Shown: positions 27,239-37,535 of the stretch, piece by piece | Layout: every line of letters starts with the position of its first letter | Position numbering within the stretch: the first letter of the stretch is position 1 | Virus record (IMG/VR): IMGVR_UViG_3300047551_001325 | Coordinates: 1-64,000 of that record | DNA length: 64,000 nucleotides | Reading direction: 5' to 3' (one strand) | Origin: a virus | Position numbers and translations under genes: made by a program | Notes under the pieces: model-generated | Databases searched by the model: none | Seen by the model: the letters and a program-made list of their open reading frames with translations, nothing else | What the model was told of the DNA's origin: nothing

Positions 27239-28919
27239 TTTCTGGTCACCAAGTTACAGAGCTTCTTCTAGTGACTTAACTGTTGCTATATCACCCCTTG
27301 GTTTAGTTGAGTTAGCTGACGAAGAGTTTGAGGTACACGGACCTAGGCTGAACAGATACAGCGCTTGTTGGGCTTGGTACCTTGGTCACCACTGGTCTTA
27401 CCGTCGTGAACAGGGTGAGCAAAACATCACTCTAAATTACACAAGAACGTTTGCTGACTACATTACAAACTTTTGTTTTGGTAAAGGTCTTCAATGGAAA
27501 GTGCCAGAACAAAATGCTGCAATCATTCCCCATCTATTACATAAAGTCTGGGAAATAGACAACTCAAAGCATAATGTGCTTTGGGAAATGGGGCAGTTAG
27601 CCGGCGTTACTGGTGACTGCTTCGTAAAGGTTGCTTACGAAGAGCCATACATTGACCCACTAGGAATCATGAATGAGGGACGAATCAGAGTAATTCCTCT
27701 AAACCCAGCGCACTGTTTTCCCGAGTATCACCCACACGACCGTGATCGACTACTTCGGTTTAAACTTAAATACCGATTCTGGGGTACTTCACCTGAAGGA
27801 ACACGCCAGGTATACACCTTTACAGAAATACTTACTGATGACAGCATTGAACAGTACATCAATGACGAACTAGTAGATCAGTACCCTAATCCAATTGGTC
27901 GTATTCCCGTAGTGCATATACCAAATATGACAATCTCTTCGTCACCTTGGGGTCAGTCTGATATCTGGGATATCATCCCCTTAAACCGTGAGTTAAACGA
28001 AAAGATGACCGAAATATCGGACATCATTAACTATCACGCAGCTCCGGTAACAATCATTATTGGAGCAAAAGCCAGTCAACTTGAACGCGGTCCAAAGAAA
28101 GTTTGGGCAGGTTTGCCAAAGGATGCATCTGTAACCAACCTAGAATCTCGTGGTGACATGGCTGGAGCGCTTCAGTACATTCAATTCTTAAAGCGTGTAA
28201 TGCATGAAATAACAGGTGTACCTGAGACTGCATTAGGTCAATTCCAGCCGGTGTCAAACACGTCTGGTGTGGCGCTGTCTATTCAGTACCAACCTCTAAT
28301 GAACCGCTATAACATGAAACGGATTCACTTTACAAAAGGTCTAGAGAAAGTTAATGAAATAATTATAAGAACTGCTGCTATTTTCCAACCAGAGTTGCTT
28401 ATATACGACCCCTCTAAAGCTGAGGCCCCAGAGGGCGATCAACTACCACAACTAGATCCATCTGATCCCCTTACCTATAAGACACAGGTTCACTGGCCAG
28501 AACCACTGCCAGTTGATGTACTCATTAAACTTAATGAAGCTCAGGCCAAAATGGCAATGGGTCTTGAATCCAAAGAAGGCGCTTTGCGTACTCTTGGTGA
28601 AGAATTCCCACGTGAAAAACTTGCTGAGATTTTTGAAGAACTGCGAGATGACGCTGTTGATCAGGGAGCGCTTGACATGCTTCGCGCACAGATTAACCAA
28701 GCAGTTATGCTTGCCACAGGCTTGTTACCTGGCCCCGAAGGTACCAGCACGGTACCCGCTGGAGGTGCTAATGTAACAAGTGCAGGTTCACCACAATCTG
28801 GAGGTCCATTACCTGGTCCTCAAGCAGTTGGTGGTCCTGTAGAAGGAATGGTAAACAATATAGTTGCAAAGGCATACGGAGCTAGGCTCGCCCAGCGCCG
28901 TGTTCCTGATGAAGAATAA
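27228..28919 (+). CDS. portal protein (SPP1 gp6-like)
   Basis: NPIGRIPVVHIPN, GQSDI, SNTSGVAL; position before scaffold and capsid. Confidence 0.88.
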   Translation: MPIDFWSPSYRASSSDLTVAISPLGLVELADEEFEVHGPRLNRYSACWAWYLGHHWSYRREQGEQNITLNYTRTFADYITNFCFGKGLQWKVPEQNAAIIPHLLHKVWEIDNSKHNVLWEMGQLAGVTGDCFVKVAYEEPYIDPLGIMNEGRIRVIPLNPAHCFPEYHPHDRDRLLRFKLKYRFWGTSPEGTRQVYTFTEILTDDSIEQYINDELVDQYPNPIGRIPVVHIPNMTISSSPWGQSDIWDIIPLNRELNEKMTEISDIINYHAAPVTIIIGAKASQLERGPKKVWAGLPKDASVTNLESRGDMAGALQYIQFLKRVMHEITGVPETALGQFQPVSNTSGVALSIQYQPLMNRYNMKRIHFTKGLEKVNEIIIRTAAIFQPELLIYDPSKAEAPEGDQLPQLDPSDPLTYKTQVHWPEPLPVDVLIKLNEAQAKMAMGLESKEGALRTLGEEFPREKLAEIFEELRDDAVDQGALDMLRAQINQAVMLATGLLPGPEGTSTVPAGGANVTSAGSPQSGGPLPGPQAVGGPVEGMVNNIVAKAYGARLAQRRVPDEE

Positions 28920-28969
28920 ATAGTTGTTTTAAAACAGTCATTATCAGCCCAACTAAAAGAGGTTAACTT

Positions 28970-29743
28970 ATGTCAAAATTTGAAGATGGTATTCAGGTTC
29001 CCGTAGATCCGGAAGAAGCGCCGGCTCCAAAGGTTCAGGAAGAAAAGTATTTCTCCGAAGAGGACATCCAAAAGGTGCGCCAACAGGAGAAGGAAAAGAT
29101 GTATAAGCGTCTTGAAGACGCTGACCATCGTGTCAAGTCAATGGAAGAAAAGCTAAACATTCTTAGTAGCGAGCGTGAAAAGGCTATTAAAGAAGCCGAA
29201 GATCGCGCTAAGAAGGAAGCTGAACTCATTCGTCAACGTGAGCTTGAAGAACTGAGCGCCAAAGAACTCCTCATAAAGAAAGAGGATGAGTGGAGCCAGC
29301 GCATCAACCAAGTTGAGCACGAATGGGGCCAGAAGTTTGCTGAGTTAGAAAAGCAACGTCAGGCGCAAGAAGCCATGCTTGATAAGGAGCGCTATCTCCA
29401 GCAACTAGAGTCTTACCGCCAAAGAAGAATCCAGGCGGAATCAGAGACGATCATTCCAGAGCTGCGTGATCTTATTTCAGGTAATACTGAAGAGGAGATT
29501 GAAAACAGCATCACCGTACTTCGTGATAGAAGTACTGCTATAATTGAATCAATCCAGCAGGCGAGTACCCCTCGTTTGAAGGGGGCTCCGGTAACGGCTC
29601 CCCCGTCTGGGCCACTGGACAACCAAACGGATTACCAAACGGTCAGCGCGGAGGATATCCGCAATATGCCGATGGATCAATATGTAAAAATGCGTGAAAG
29701 ATTACTGTCAGCAACACGGACTCAGCAACGAGGACGTTACTAA
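28970..29743 (+). CDS. capsid scaffolding protein
   Basis: Highly charged coiled coil directly upstream of the capsid gene. Confidence 0.75.
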   Translation: MSKFEDGIQVPVDPEEAPAPKVQEEKYFSEEDIQKVRQQEKEKMYKRLEDADHRVKSMEEKLNILSSEREKAIKEAEDRAKKEAELIRQRELEELSAKELLIKKEDEWSQRINQVEHEWGQKFAELEKQRQAQEAMLDKERYLQQLESYRQRRIQAESETIIPELRDLISGNTEEEIENSITVLRDRSTAIIESIQQASTPRLKGAPVTAPPSGPLDNQTDYQTVSAEDIRNMPMDQYVKMRERLLSATRTQQRGRY

Positions 29744-29778
29744 ACCCAAACTAACCCTATCCATCGGAGGATATTAAC

Positions 29779-30885
29779 ATGGCATTACCCGCACCCGCAG
29801 GTGGAGCAATTACAGGTACAGCTACCGGTTCAGTGACCGGTTATACTGACGGTAGTTCCGCTCTATCCCCAGCAATCCAGCAAATTTGGTCAAAGGAAAT
29901 CCTTTTCCAGGCCATGCCCGTACTTCGCTTTGAACAGTTCGCTGTTAAGAAGACCGAACTCGGTGTCATGCCCGGTTTGACCATCAACTTCATGCGTTAC
30001 AACAACCTTTCAGTTGATGAGTCAGCAGGAGCTACCCTTAGCGAAGGCACCCGTATGGAGCCCGTAGCTTTGTCCGCAAGCCAAATTCAGATCACCGTAA
30101 GCGAGCATGGTAAGGCTGTGGCTGTTACCGAGTTGCTGCTCAACGCATCTTTCGATGACGTCATGGCATCAGCTTCTCGTCTACTTGGTCGTCACATGGC
30201 CCAGAGCATGGACATCCAAGCTCGTAACACCCTCTACAAGAACGGTGTACCGTTCGGCGGTGGATCAGCAGTTCCTCCAAGCGTTGTGTTTGGTCGTACG
30301 GCTGCTTCTACCCGTGGAGCAATAAGCCCCTACGACGCCGGTACCCTTGGCACCGCTTCTTCACCCGGTTACCTCAGCCCAGCATCCATCAAGGATGCCG
30401 TTGAAGTTCTCGCCGGACAGAACATCCCACGCCTTGGTGACACCTACGTATGTTTCGTACACCCAAGTCAGAGCCGTTCACTTCGTGACTGGCCCGAATT
30501 CATCGAAGTCACCAAGTACGCCGCTCCCGGCAACTTCATGCTTGGTGAAATCGGTCGTTTGTACGACGTAGTTTTCATTGAAACCACCCAAGTCAAGAAG
30601 GGCCTAGATGCTACTGCATCAACTGCTCCTCTGTACGGAATGGGTTCAACCCTTGACACCAGTGCTACTTCTGGTTTCCAAGAAAACGCCGACGCTTACA
30701 ACGCCATCATGATCGGTGACAACGCCTTCGGTCACGCAATCAGCCTACCGGTTGAGCTACGTGACGGTGGTGTCATCGACTTTGGTCGTGAGCACGGTCT
30801 TGCTTGGTACGCCATCTGGGGCTTCGGTGTCATCACCCACGAAAGCCGTGTGATTCTAAACACACTCGGTGGCGCAATTTCCTGA
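29779..30885 (+). CDS. major capsid protein (N4-gp56-like family)
   Basis: YVCFVHP, GEIGRLYDVVFIET, DFGREHGLAWY. Confidence 0.88.
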   Translation: MALPAPAGGAITGTATGSVTGYTDGSSALSPAIQQIWSKEILFQAMPVLRFEQFAVKKTELGVMPGLTINFMRYNNLSVDESAGATLSEGTRMEPVALSASQIQITVSEHGKAVAVTELLLNASFDDVMASASRLLGRHMAQSMDIQARNTLYKNGVPFGGGSAVPPSVVFGRTAASTRGAISPYDAGTLGTASSPGYLSPASIKDAVEVLAGQNIPRLGDTYVCFVHPSQSRSLRDWPEFIEVTKYAAPGNFMLGEIGRLYDVVFIETTQVKKGLDATASTAPLYGMGSTLDTSATSGFQENADAYNAIMIGDNAFGHAISLPVELRDGGVIDFGREHGLAWYAIWGFGVITHESRVILNTLGGAIS

Positions 30886-30907
30886 ACTTAACGTTCAGAT
30901 GATGTAG

Positions 30908-30942
30908 TATGGTGGGGGGTAATTCCCCCACCATATTGCTTT
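30908..30942 (+). terminator. terminator after the capsid gene
   Basis: TATGGTGGGGG-GTAATT-CCCCCACCATA-TTGCTTT. Confidence 0.7.
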
Positions 30943-30969
30943 ATATGGTAAAACAAAAAGGAGAATACA

Positions 30970-31227
30970 ATGCCTCGTAAAATTACAACCACTACAAATT
31001 GGGCAGAACCAGCAGAAAATCAGGAAGAAGACGAAGTAGTCGTTGAAGAGCCAATTACGGTTTCTAACACCGACGGTGATCTTGTTAAGGCAAGAGTAAA
31101 AGGTACATGGCTCATGATCTGGGGCCAAGCCAAGTTTGACTTCAAAGACGGTAAGACCTACAAGCTTCCTAAGGATCTTTTTAACTATCTTCGCGCAAAC
31201 GGAAACATCTACGACACTATGGCTTGA
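30970..31227 (+). CDS. small head-associated hypothetical protein
   Basis: AAGGAG RBS; position after the capsid gene. Confidence 0.65.
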   Translation: MPRKITTTTNWAEPAENQEEDEVVVEEPITVSNTDGDLVKARVKGTWLMIWGQAKFDFKDGKTYKLPKDLFNYLRANGNIYDTMA

Positions 31228-31234
31228 GGTGTAA

Positions 31235-32683
31235 ATGCCTTATATAATCCCCAACGCAACTGATGTTGACGGTACTAAGTTTATTGCCCTTGATCAGGCT
31301 GAGCCAGACTCACTTGATTTTCAAATATTGGGCGATAGATCTACTGGAGTATTGTCTGGTTGTGCCGTAACTGCTTCTACAACATCTGGAGCGGTAGCTA
31401 TCGCTAGTGGGTATGTTGCGCTAAGTGGAGTAGTGTACACAGTATCTGGTGATTCAAGTAAGGCTTTAAGCACCGGCCCGTCATCTGGGTATCGTTTTGA
31501 TGTCGTTGTTATAAGGTGTAACCCTGCAACAAACACATCAGAAATAACCATTATTGATGGTGTACAAAGTGTTACAAACCCAACATATCCAAAGTCTGCT
31601 GCTAGACTACTTACAACAACTGGGGTAAGTACCTCAACTTACATAACAGAAAACGATGTTGTCTTAGCAGTCGTGTTCCGACAAGGAACAACCGCTCCAT
31701 CTAACGCAAACATCATTGACAAACGTGTTAATGTTCCGTCAACTACATCTTTGCGTGGTAGCGCAATACCATCAAACGGCATTGGTTCTGATGGAGACTT
31801 TTATTACAAAACCACGGTTGGAGCCAGCTCTGCTGGGGTTTACGTAAAACGAGATGGGGTTTGGGTTGAACTTTTGTTGAGCGGTGATTCAGGCTCTGTT
31901 ACACCCATTGGCGCAATAATAATGTGGCCAAGTAACTCCACTAGCCCCAACCCAGCTGGTAAATCTTATTGGTTAGAGTGTGACGGAAGTATGGTATCTA
32001 AAGCAACTTATTCAGAGTTGTCCGTATTGCTTGGAACTACTTATGGAGCAGACACTACTACACAGTTTAAACTTCCAAATATGTATTCCGCTACATCAAA
32101 CTTTGTATCTGGCAGTTCAACTGCAGGAACAATTGGTGGTAGTTCAACAATAAATATATCTACTAGTAATTTGCCCGCGCACAGCCACAGTTTGAATGGG
32201 CATACACATCCTGTTGGTGACCACACACACAATATGGCACATGGTCACGGTTCTGGAGAAACAGTGACCAATGGTCAACATAGTCATCAACCTTTGGGTG
32301 GACAAGATGAAACACCATCAGAAGGTATTGGTTTTGTTACTAGGCTTGGTCAAGCAATAACAGGTGTTTTGTACGGTGGTACTTTGGGCTGGTTGAAGGG
32401 GTATGTTGTTCCTGGCTCAGCAACTAATGACTTAATAGCTGATGGTCTTACCGGTGTTGTTGGACAAGGAATGCAAGTTCACTATACATTTAATACTACT
32501 GAGCACACTGGTCATAGGCACGTGTTTGTGACTCCAGATTATACTGGTACAAGTGGCGGCCTTGTTAATGCATCAGCTGCAACCGGAGCCAGCAGTGGTA
32601 ATACGGGAAACACAGGAGATGGTTCTCCAATAACCTATACACCACCAAACATTAGTATGCGCTGGTTTATTAGAGCAAAATGA
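31235..32683 (+). CDS. collar-domain fibre protein with HxH repeats
   Basis: PIGAIIMW...WLECDG...Y.EL...GTTYG...FKLPN; LPAHSH, HTH repeats. Confidence 0.75.
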   Translation: MPYIIPNATDVDGTKFIALDQAEPDSLDFQILGDRSTGVLSGCAVTASTTSGAVAIASGYVALSGVVYTVSGDSSKALSTGPSSGYRFDVVVIRCNPATNTSEITIIDGVQSVTNPTYPKSAARLLTTTGVSTSTYITENDVVLAVVFRQGTTAPSNANIIDKRVNVPSTTSLRGSAIPSNGIGSDGDFYYKTTVGASSAGVYVKRDGVWVELLLSGDSGSVTPIGAIIMWPSNSTSPNPAGKSYWLECDGSMVSKATYSELSVLLGTTYGADTTTQFKLPNMYSATSNFVSGSSTAGTIGGSSTINISTSNLPAHSHSLNGHTHPVGDHTHNMAHGHGSGETVTNGQHSHQPLGGQDETPSEGIGFVTRLGQAITGVLYGGTLGWLKGYVVPGSATNDLIADGLTGVVGQGMQVHYTFNTTEHTGHRHVFVTPDYTGTSGGLVNASAATGASSGNTGNTGDGSPITYTPPNISMRWFIRAK

Positions 32684-32835
32684 CAGAAAAACTGCCTAAA
32701 CCAACTGGTACTGCTGACCAAATTAAATTACGAAAAGTAACAGCTGTTACGTCTATGCGGGTTGAACAGCCGGCGCTAAACCAACCGTTGCAAAAAACAG
32801 TGCCTGGTAAAGACTCTGCAGATACCCCTACATAA
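32680..32835 (+). CDS. 51-aa hypothetical protein, not in ORF track
   Basis: ATGA overlap; fills the gap to the next gene. Confidence 0.5.
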   Translation: MTEKLPKPTGTADQIKLRKVTAVTSMRVEQPALNQPLQKTVPGKDSADTPT

Positions 32836-32849
32836 GGTAAACTTATATC

Positions 32850-33650
32850 ATGGCAACAATTACAGACATTGAAAATATAGCAAGAACTTATCTTCGAGAT
32901 TTTCCTAAGTTCTTTCAAACGTCTTTTGATATTGTTGGTAGAACTTATGATTTAAGTCATATAAATGTTGACTCAGACTCACTATGGGTTGCTGTGTACG
33001 CAACGGGATCTGGCTCTGCATCTGCACTTAGCGCAACTGATTATAGTCTTGATGAAAGAAACGGCGTACTAAGACTATCTAATACATATTCTTCTGGAAC
33101 AAAGGTTATGGTAGAAGGCTACTACTATGAATGGGTAACCCCGACCGATTTATCTTTCTACACTCAACGCGCACTAGAAAAACACTTACACACAATTAAC
33201 CTATCGGTTGACCAATTAGCCGATGTAGTGATAAACGCAATTGGTATTGCAGCTATATGTGAATGTTTGTGGGCGTTGATGACTGAATACAGCCGGGACA
33301 TTGACGTCATTACTTCGGAATCCGTGCATATTCCAGCCAGCCAAAGGTTTAGAATGGTTCAAGGTTTGCTGGCACAATGGGAAAAAGAGTACGAACGTCA
33401 CGCCGCAAACCTTAACATTGGATTTGACCGCCTTGAGGTTATGAACTTGCGCAGAGTTTCTCGCACTACTAATCGTCTTGTTCCGTTGTATAAGCAAAAA
33501 GAACTTGGCGATTTTTCTCCAATGGAACGGCTATGGCCAGAAATTGATGATGGCATCGTTACTCCAGAAGTTAAGGGAGACCGACTACGCGAAGACGTGT
33601 ATGTTGACACAACACCACCATCTGGTGCTACTACCAACGCATTCTACTGA
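32850..33650 (+). CDS. head-tail adaptor/neck protein
   Basis: Position; DYSLDERNGVL, IPASQRF. Confidence 0.6.
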   Translation: MATITDIENIARTYLRDFPKFFQTSFDIVGRTYDLSHINVDSDSLWVAVYATGSGSASALSATDYSLDERNGVLRLSNTYSSGTKVMVEGYYYEWVTPTDLSFYTQRALEKHLHTINLSVDQLADVVINAIGIAAICECLWALMTEYSRDIDVITSESVHIPASQRFRMVQGLLAQWEKEYERHAANLNIGFDRLEVMNLRRVSRTTNRLVPLYKQKELGDFSPMERLWPEIDDGIVTPEVKGDRLREDVYVDTTPPSGATTNAFY

Positions 33651-34192
33651 TGAACCTTCATACTGAACTTTCATTAATAAACAAGCATTTCACAAAGCGT
33701 CATAAAGAAGCTGGTGAAGAATTCATTGTATGGTATGAGTTTGTTCCACTAGGAACTTCCGCAGCTACAAACAGTGTGTATGACGATGTGTACGACGAGT
33801 CTCCATCAGGTATTGGTGGACGCAAGTATAAAACTGGTGTTGTTTTACCAGTGCTTTTGGTTTCCGAAGCAGAAGACCAGCGTAGAGCAATTCCAGAAGG
33901 TCGTCTAACTTTAGAAACAATTGATGCTTTTATACCAATAAAAGCTATGCGAGATTCTGGTATATCAAATGTGTGGGAATACCGTGAGCATTTAAACGAC
34001 GTTTTTATGTATGATGGCCGATTTTATTCAGTGTTTGACTACAGGGTTAGGGGCCGCCTAAAAGAGGAAGTGTTTGTACTACTGCAAGGTCAAGAATTGT
34101 ATGTTGACCAGGAGTTTGTCAATGATGACACATTTCCTACTCTTACAAGCAACAACTTGCCGTGGCCTACATCCTTACCTCAAATAGGGTAA
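33650..34192 (+). CDS. head-tail stopper/neck protein
   Basis: Position; D.FMYDGRFYSV. Confidence 0.55.
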   Translation: MNLHTELSLINKHFTKRHKEAGEEFIVWYEFVPLGTSAATNSVYDDVYDESPSGIGGRKYKTGVVLPVLLVSEAEDQRRAIPEGRLTLETIDAFIPIKAMRDSGISNVWEYREHLNDVFMYDGRFYSVFDYRVRGRLKEEVFVLLQGQELYVDQEFVNDDTFPTLTSNNLPWPTSLPQIG

Positions 34193-34252
34193 AATTAAGA
34201 TAGTTATAGCGAGCGCTATAACAGTCAACGCCTAGAACTGTAAGGAGACCCA

Positions 34253-34663
34253 ATGTTTGGGAATTCTAAATCTGTATCTCCTACGTCCAGTTCTGACGTT
34301 CAAATCTCAAAGCCAAAACCACGAATGCCGTGGGCTATACATTCCTGGATTACTCGGCTAGAGAAATTTAATGACGGCATTGAAAAAGCCGTAAGTAAGT
34401 ACCAGGAAGAGGTCAGGCAAGAAGCAGCTCCCAACTGGGGTGAAGTTGCATCAACTATAGTGGTTGAGTTTGACAAAAAAACTATGACCGTTAATATTTA
34501 CTCACCACACCCTGATGCAACACATCTTGAATATGGTACACCTGAGGTACCACCAGCACCAGTTATACGTATGGCAGCAATACGAGCTCAGGAAAAGTTA
34601 ATACCATTTATTAAAGAAGAGTTTGCCAAAATTGGGCTATCTAGAGGTGGTGCTCATGCCTAA
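34253..34663 (+). CDS. HK97 gp10-like neck protein
   Basis: HLEYGT...P.PVIR motif. Confidence 0.6.
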   Translation: MFGNSKSVSPTSSSDVQISKPKPRMPWAIHSWITRLEKFNDGIEKAVSKYQEEVRQEAAPNWGEVASTIVVEFDKKTMTVNIYSPHPDATHLEYGTPEVPPAPVIRMAAIRAQEKLIPFIKEEFAKIGLSRGGAHA

Positions 34664-35354
34664 TAAGGGATTTCTCCTTGCAGAAGATGCCGCTGTAAAA
34701 AACAGGTTTAGCAACTTAACTGTATCTGACGACAGAAACGCAAGTAGAGAAGTTCAAGTATTTTTTAGATACCCAGAAGGCGAAACAGAGAAAATATACC
34801 CATTTATAACCGTCGAAATGGTGGGGTTATCTCATGACACTCGACGCCAGTTATCAGAGACTACTCTGTATTACAGCAACAGTGCGTCAGCCTCAAATAA
34901 TGCTAATTACATTAATTACTACCCATCAGAATTAACTGCATCTGAGATGTCGTCAATGGTAAATAACTCTAATGTTTTAGCTGTACACTCATTTATACCA
35001 GTTAGTTTGGTTTACCAAATAACCACGCATACCAGAAGCGCTCTGCATGACCGGCAACTTTCAAGTAAAATACTACGTAGAGTAGTGCCGTTTAGGCAGG
35101 GCTTTATTGAAATACCTGAAGATGGTACTATTAGAAGGTTTGATTTGATGTCATGGTCTACTTCTGACCTATTGGATAGAGAATCTGGTTATAGAAAACG
35201 CATATTTAGAAAGATGTTTACAATCCAAATGAACGCTGAGATAGCTGCAACTGATCTGACATCAATCAGGAAGGTAGCTTCTGTAGTTGGTAATATATAT
35301 GATAACGATACGGAAATTCACACCCTAACACCCCAAATTTCAGAGGAGTTTTAA
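34656..35354 (+). CDS. tail terminator/completion protein
   Basis: YPFITVE, YQITT; precedes the sheath gene. Confidence 0.6.
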   Translation: MPNKGFLLAEDAAVKNRFSNLTVSDDRNASREVQVFFRYPEGETEKIYPFITVEMVGLSHDTRRQLSETTLYYSNSASASNNANYINYYPSELTASEMSSMVNNSNVLAVHSFIPVSLVYQITTHTRSALHDRQLSSKILRRVVPFRQGFIEIPEDGTIRRFDLMSWSTSDLLDRESGYRKRIFRKMFTIQMNAEIAATDLTSIRKVASVVGNIYDNDTEIHTLTPQISEEF

Positions 35355-36875
35355 ATGCCTGAATATAAGAATCCAGGAGTATACGTATCCGAGTCGGCAT
35401 TTTTGCCGAAGGTTCGTAGAGGAGTAACCTCAAGATCAGCCGCTGCCTTTTTTGGTGAGGCTTCGCGAGGCCCTTCAGACGCTACTTTAGTGCAATCATG
35501 GTCAGAATATAAGACCCTCTATGGAGATCTTTCTCAAACCTCTGATCTTGGTTTTGCTGTTTACCACTATTTTTCAAACGGTGGTAGAGACGCCTGGATA
35601 ACTCGCGTAATTGGAAGCACTGCAGTAACTGCTACTACGGTTGCAAGATACTACCCTAATGGTTCCGGTAATGCTTCAGCAACACTCTTTACTGCTTCTG
35701 CAAAGAGCAAGGGTGCCTGGGGCAACAGTCTTACTCTTGAATTTTCAAATGGTAACACTGCTGCTACTGGAACAGTAATGCCCAGTTTTAACCTCGTTAT
35801 TAAACTTAGCGGTGAAGAAGTTGAACGTTGGAACGACTTGTCTCCAGACATTTCAAATAGCCGTTACTTTGTTACTATTCTTAATAACTACTCAAGTTAC
35901 CTTGCTAGTGTTGTAGCAGGCTCATCCATTACAGCAAACTCTAGCTGGGTATTTAACTCAACAGCCATAAGCTTTACTAATGGATCTAACGGAAGCGCCG
36001 TACAGGATTCTGACTATGTAACAGCACTAAGTAAACTTGATGCAGTTGAAGGAGTTTTGCTACTTAATGCAGTTAACAAAACTTCTGCAACTATCATTAA
36101 CCAGTTCTTGTCAAAGGCAGAATCGCGTGGTAACTCATTTGTGATCATTGATCCCGACATGACCGCTTCAGATGTTTCTACCATTGGTGGTTCTGTAGTT
36201 GGAAGCTACACAAGTTCTAACTACGGAGCTGTGTATTACCCACACCTAACCATGGTTGATCCTTCTAAGACTGGTCCTGGTGCCGTACGCGCAACTGCTC
36301 CAGGAGGCGCAATTGCTGGTACATACGTCCGCACAGAGATTGAGCGTAATGTTGCCAAAAGCCCAGCTGGTTACAACGTAACTGTTCGCAACGCCCTTGG
36401 TCTTGGTACTTCATTTACTGAGGCCCAAACTGGCACGTTGTACTCAACATACAATGTGAACGTGTTGAAAGCCGTTCCAGGTGGTGGAATCATCATCAAT
36501 GGTGCCCGCACCCTAGACAAGTCAGCTCCAGGCAAGTTCATTTCAGCTCGTAGAACCTTGAACTACCTTAAGCAAGCACTCAAGGAAGGTACTTCATCAG
36601 CAGTGTTTGAACCAAACGACTCAAGACTTTGGGATCAACTCACTGGTTCGGTTTCAGCTTTGCTTGGAGAGTTCTGGCGTCAAGGTGGCCTTAAGGGTAA
36701 GAACGCTTCAGAGGCTTACTACGTAATTTGTGATGAGTCAAACAACACGGCTGTAACAGTTGACAATGGAGAAGTACATATTGAGGTTGGCGTTGCACTC
36801 CAATACCCAGCCGAATTTGTGGTAATAAACCTGTCCCAATGGACCGGTGGTTCAAACGCAACAGAAACACTCTGA
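35355..36875 (+). CDS. contractile tail sheath
   Basis: PGVYVSE, YFSNGG, GARTL, VFEPND, VGVALQYPAEFV. Confidence 0.92.
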   Translation: MPEYKNPGVYVSESAFLPKVRRGVTSRSAAAFFGEASRGPSDATLVQSWSEYKTLYGDLSQTSDLGFAVYHYFSNGGRDAWITRVIGSTAVTATTVARYYPNGSGNASATLFTASAKSKGAWGNSLTLEFSNGNTAATGTVMPSFNLVIKLSGEEVERWNDLSPDISNSRYFVTILNNYSSYLASVVAGSSITANSSWVFNSTAISFTNGSNGSAVQDSDYVTALSKLDAVEGVLLLNAVNKTSATIINQFLSKAESRGNSFVIIDPDMTASDVSTIGGSVVGSYTSSNYGAVYYPHLTMVDPSKTGPGAVRATAPGGAIAGTYVRTEIERNVAKSPAGYNVTVRNALGLGTSFTEAQTGTLYSTYNVNVLKAVPGGGIIINGARTLDKSAPGKFISARRTLNYLKQALKEGTSSAVFEPNDSRLWDQLTGSVSALLGEFWRQGGLKGKNASEAYYVICDESNNTAVTVDNGEVHIEVGVALQYPAEFVVINLSQWTGGSNATETL

Positions 36876-36892
36876 TAAGGAGAGATGATTAA

Positions 36893-37510
36893 ATGGCACG
36901 TTCAGCGAGCACAGATCCGGTAAGGAACTTTAAGTTCCAAGTCCAAATTCAACCCACCAGCAACACAAGACTCGCTACTGTCCTAAGCGGGATTGGAGAC
37001 CTTGGTTTTGCGGCCATGACCGGTGTTTCAGTACAGCACCAAATGGTTGGGTACCGAGAGGGTGGGATGAACACCCACACTCATAAACTAGTAGGCCAGT
37101 CCGACTTTGGACCAGTTACATTTAGTCGTGGTGTAATTGCCGAACAAAGCCATTTGTGGAAGTGGTCAGAGTTTATTCACTCATGGAACCAAGCTGCAAA
37201 CAACGCAGGGTCAGATTCTAACGTAGATAATGGTAACGATTATCGTTGCCATATTCTTGTACGTGTGTTTGACCACCCTCACTCAGTTGGTAACTACCAG
37301 GAATCTGGTGTTGTTCCATCATCTGCAACCAACCTTGGTAAAGCACGTCTTGGTATTAAGTTGTTTAACTGCTGGCCTGGTGCCTACACCCTCAGCGACC
37401 TTTCAGCTGGAGACTCAGGCATCATTGTTCAACAATTGACAGTTCACCATGAAGGGTTTAAACTTGCTTGGAACGCAACAGATATTGCTGCCCTTGCATC
37501 TGTTAACTAA
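36893..37510 (+). CDS. tail tube (T4 gp19-like)
   Basis: DPVRNFKF, YREGG, VTFSRGV, NCWP. Confidence 0.88.
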   Translation: MARSASTDPVRNFKFQVQIQPTSNTRLATVLSGIGDLGFAAMTGVSVQHQMVGYREGGMNTHTHKLVGQSDFGPVTFSRGVIAEQSHLWKWSEFIHSWNQAANNAGSDSNVDNGNDYRCHILVRVFDHPHSVGNYQESGVVPSSATNLGKARLGIKLFNCWPGAYTLSDLSAGDSGIIVQQLTVHHEGFKLAWNATDIAALASVN

Positions 37511-37535
37511 TTTATAAAATAACAAGGAGAACAAA

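Noticed and set aside
5640-34200. Phage-specific late promoter consensus
   Set aside because: Upstream elements seen are generic (TGn/G)TAnnnT host-type -10 boxes; no distinct conserved motif could be supported by eye
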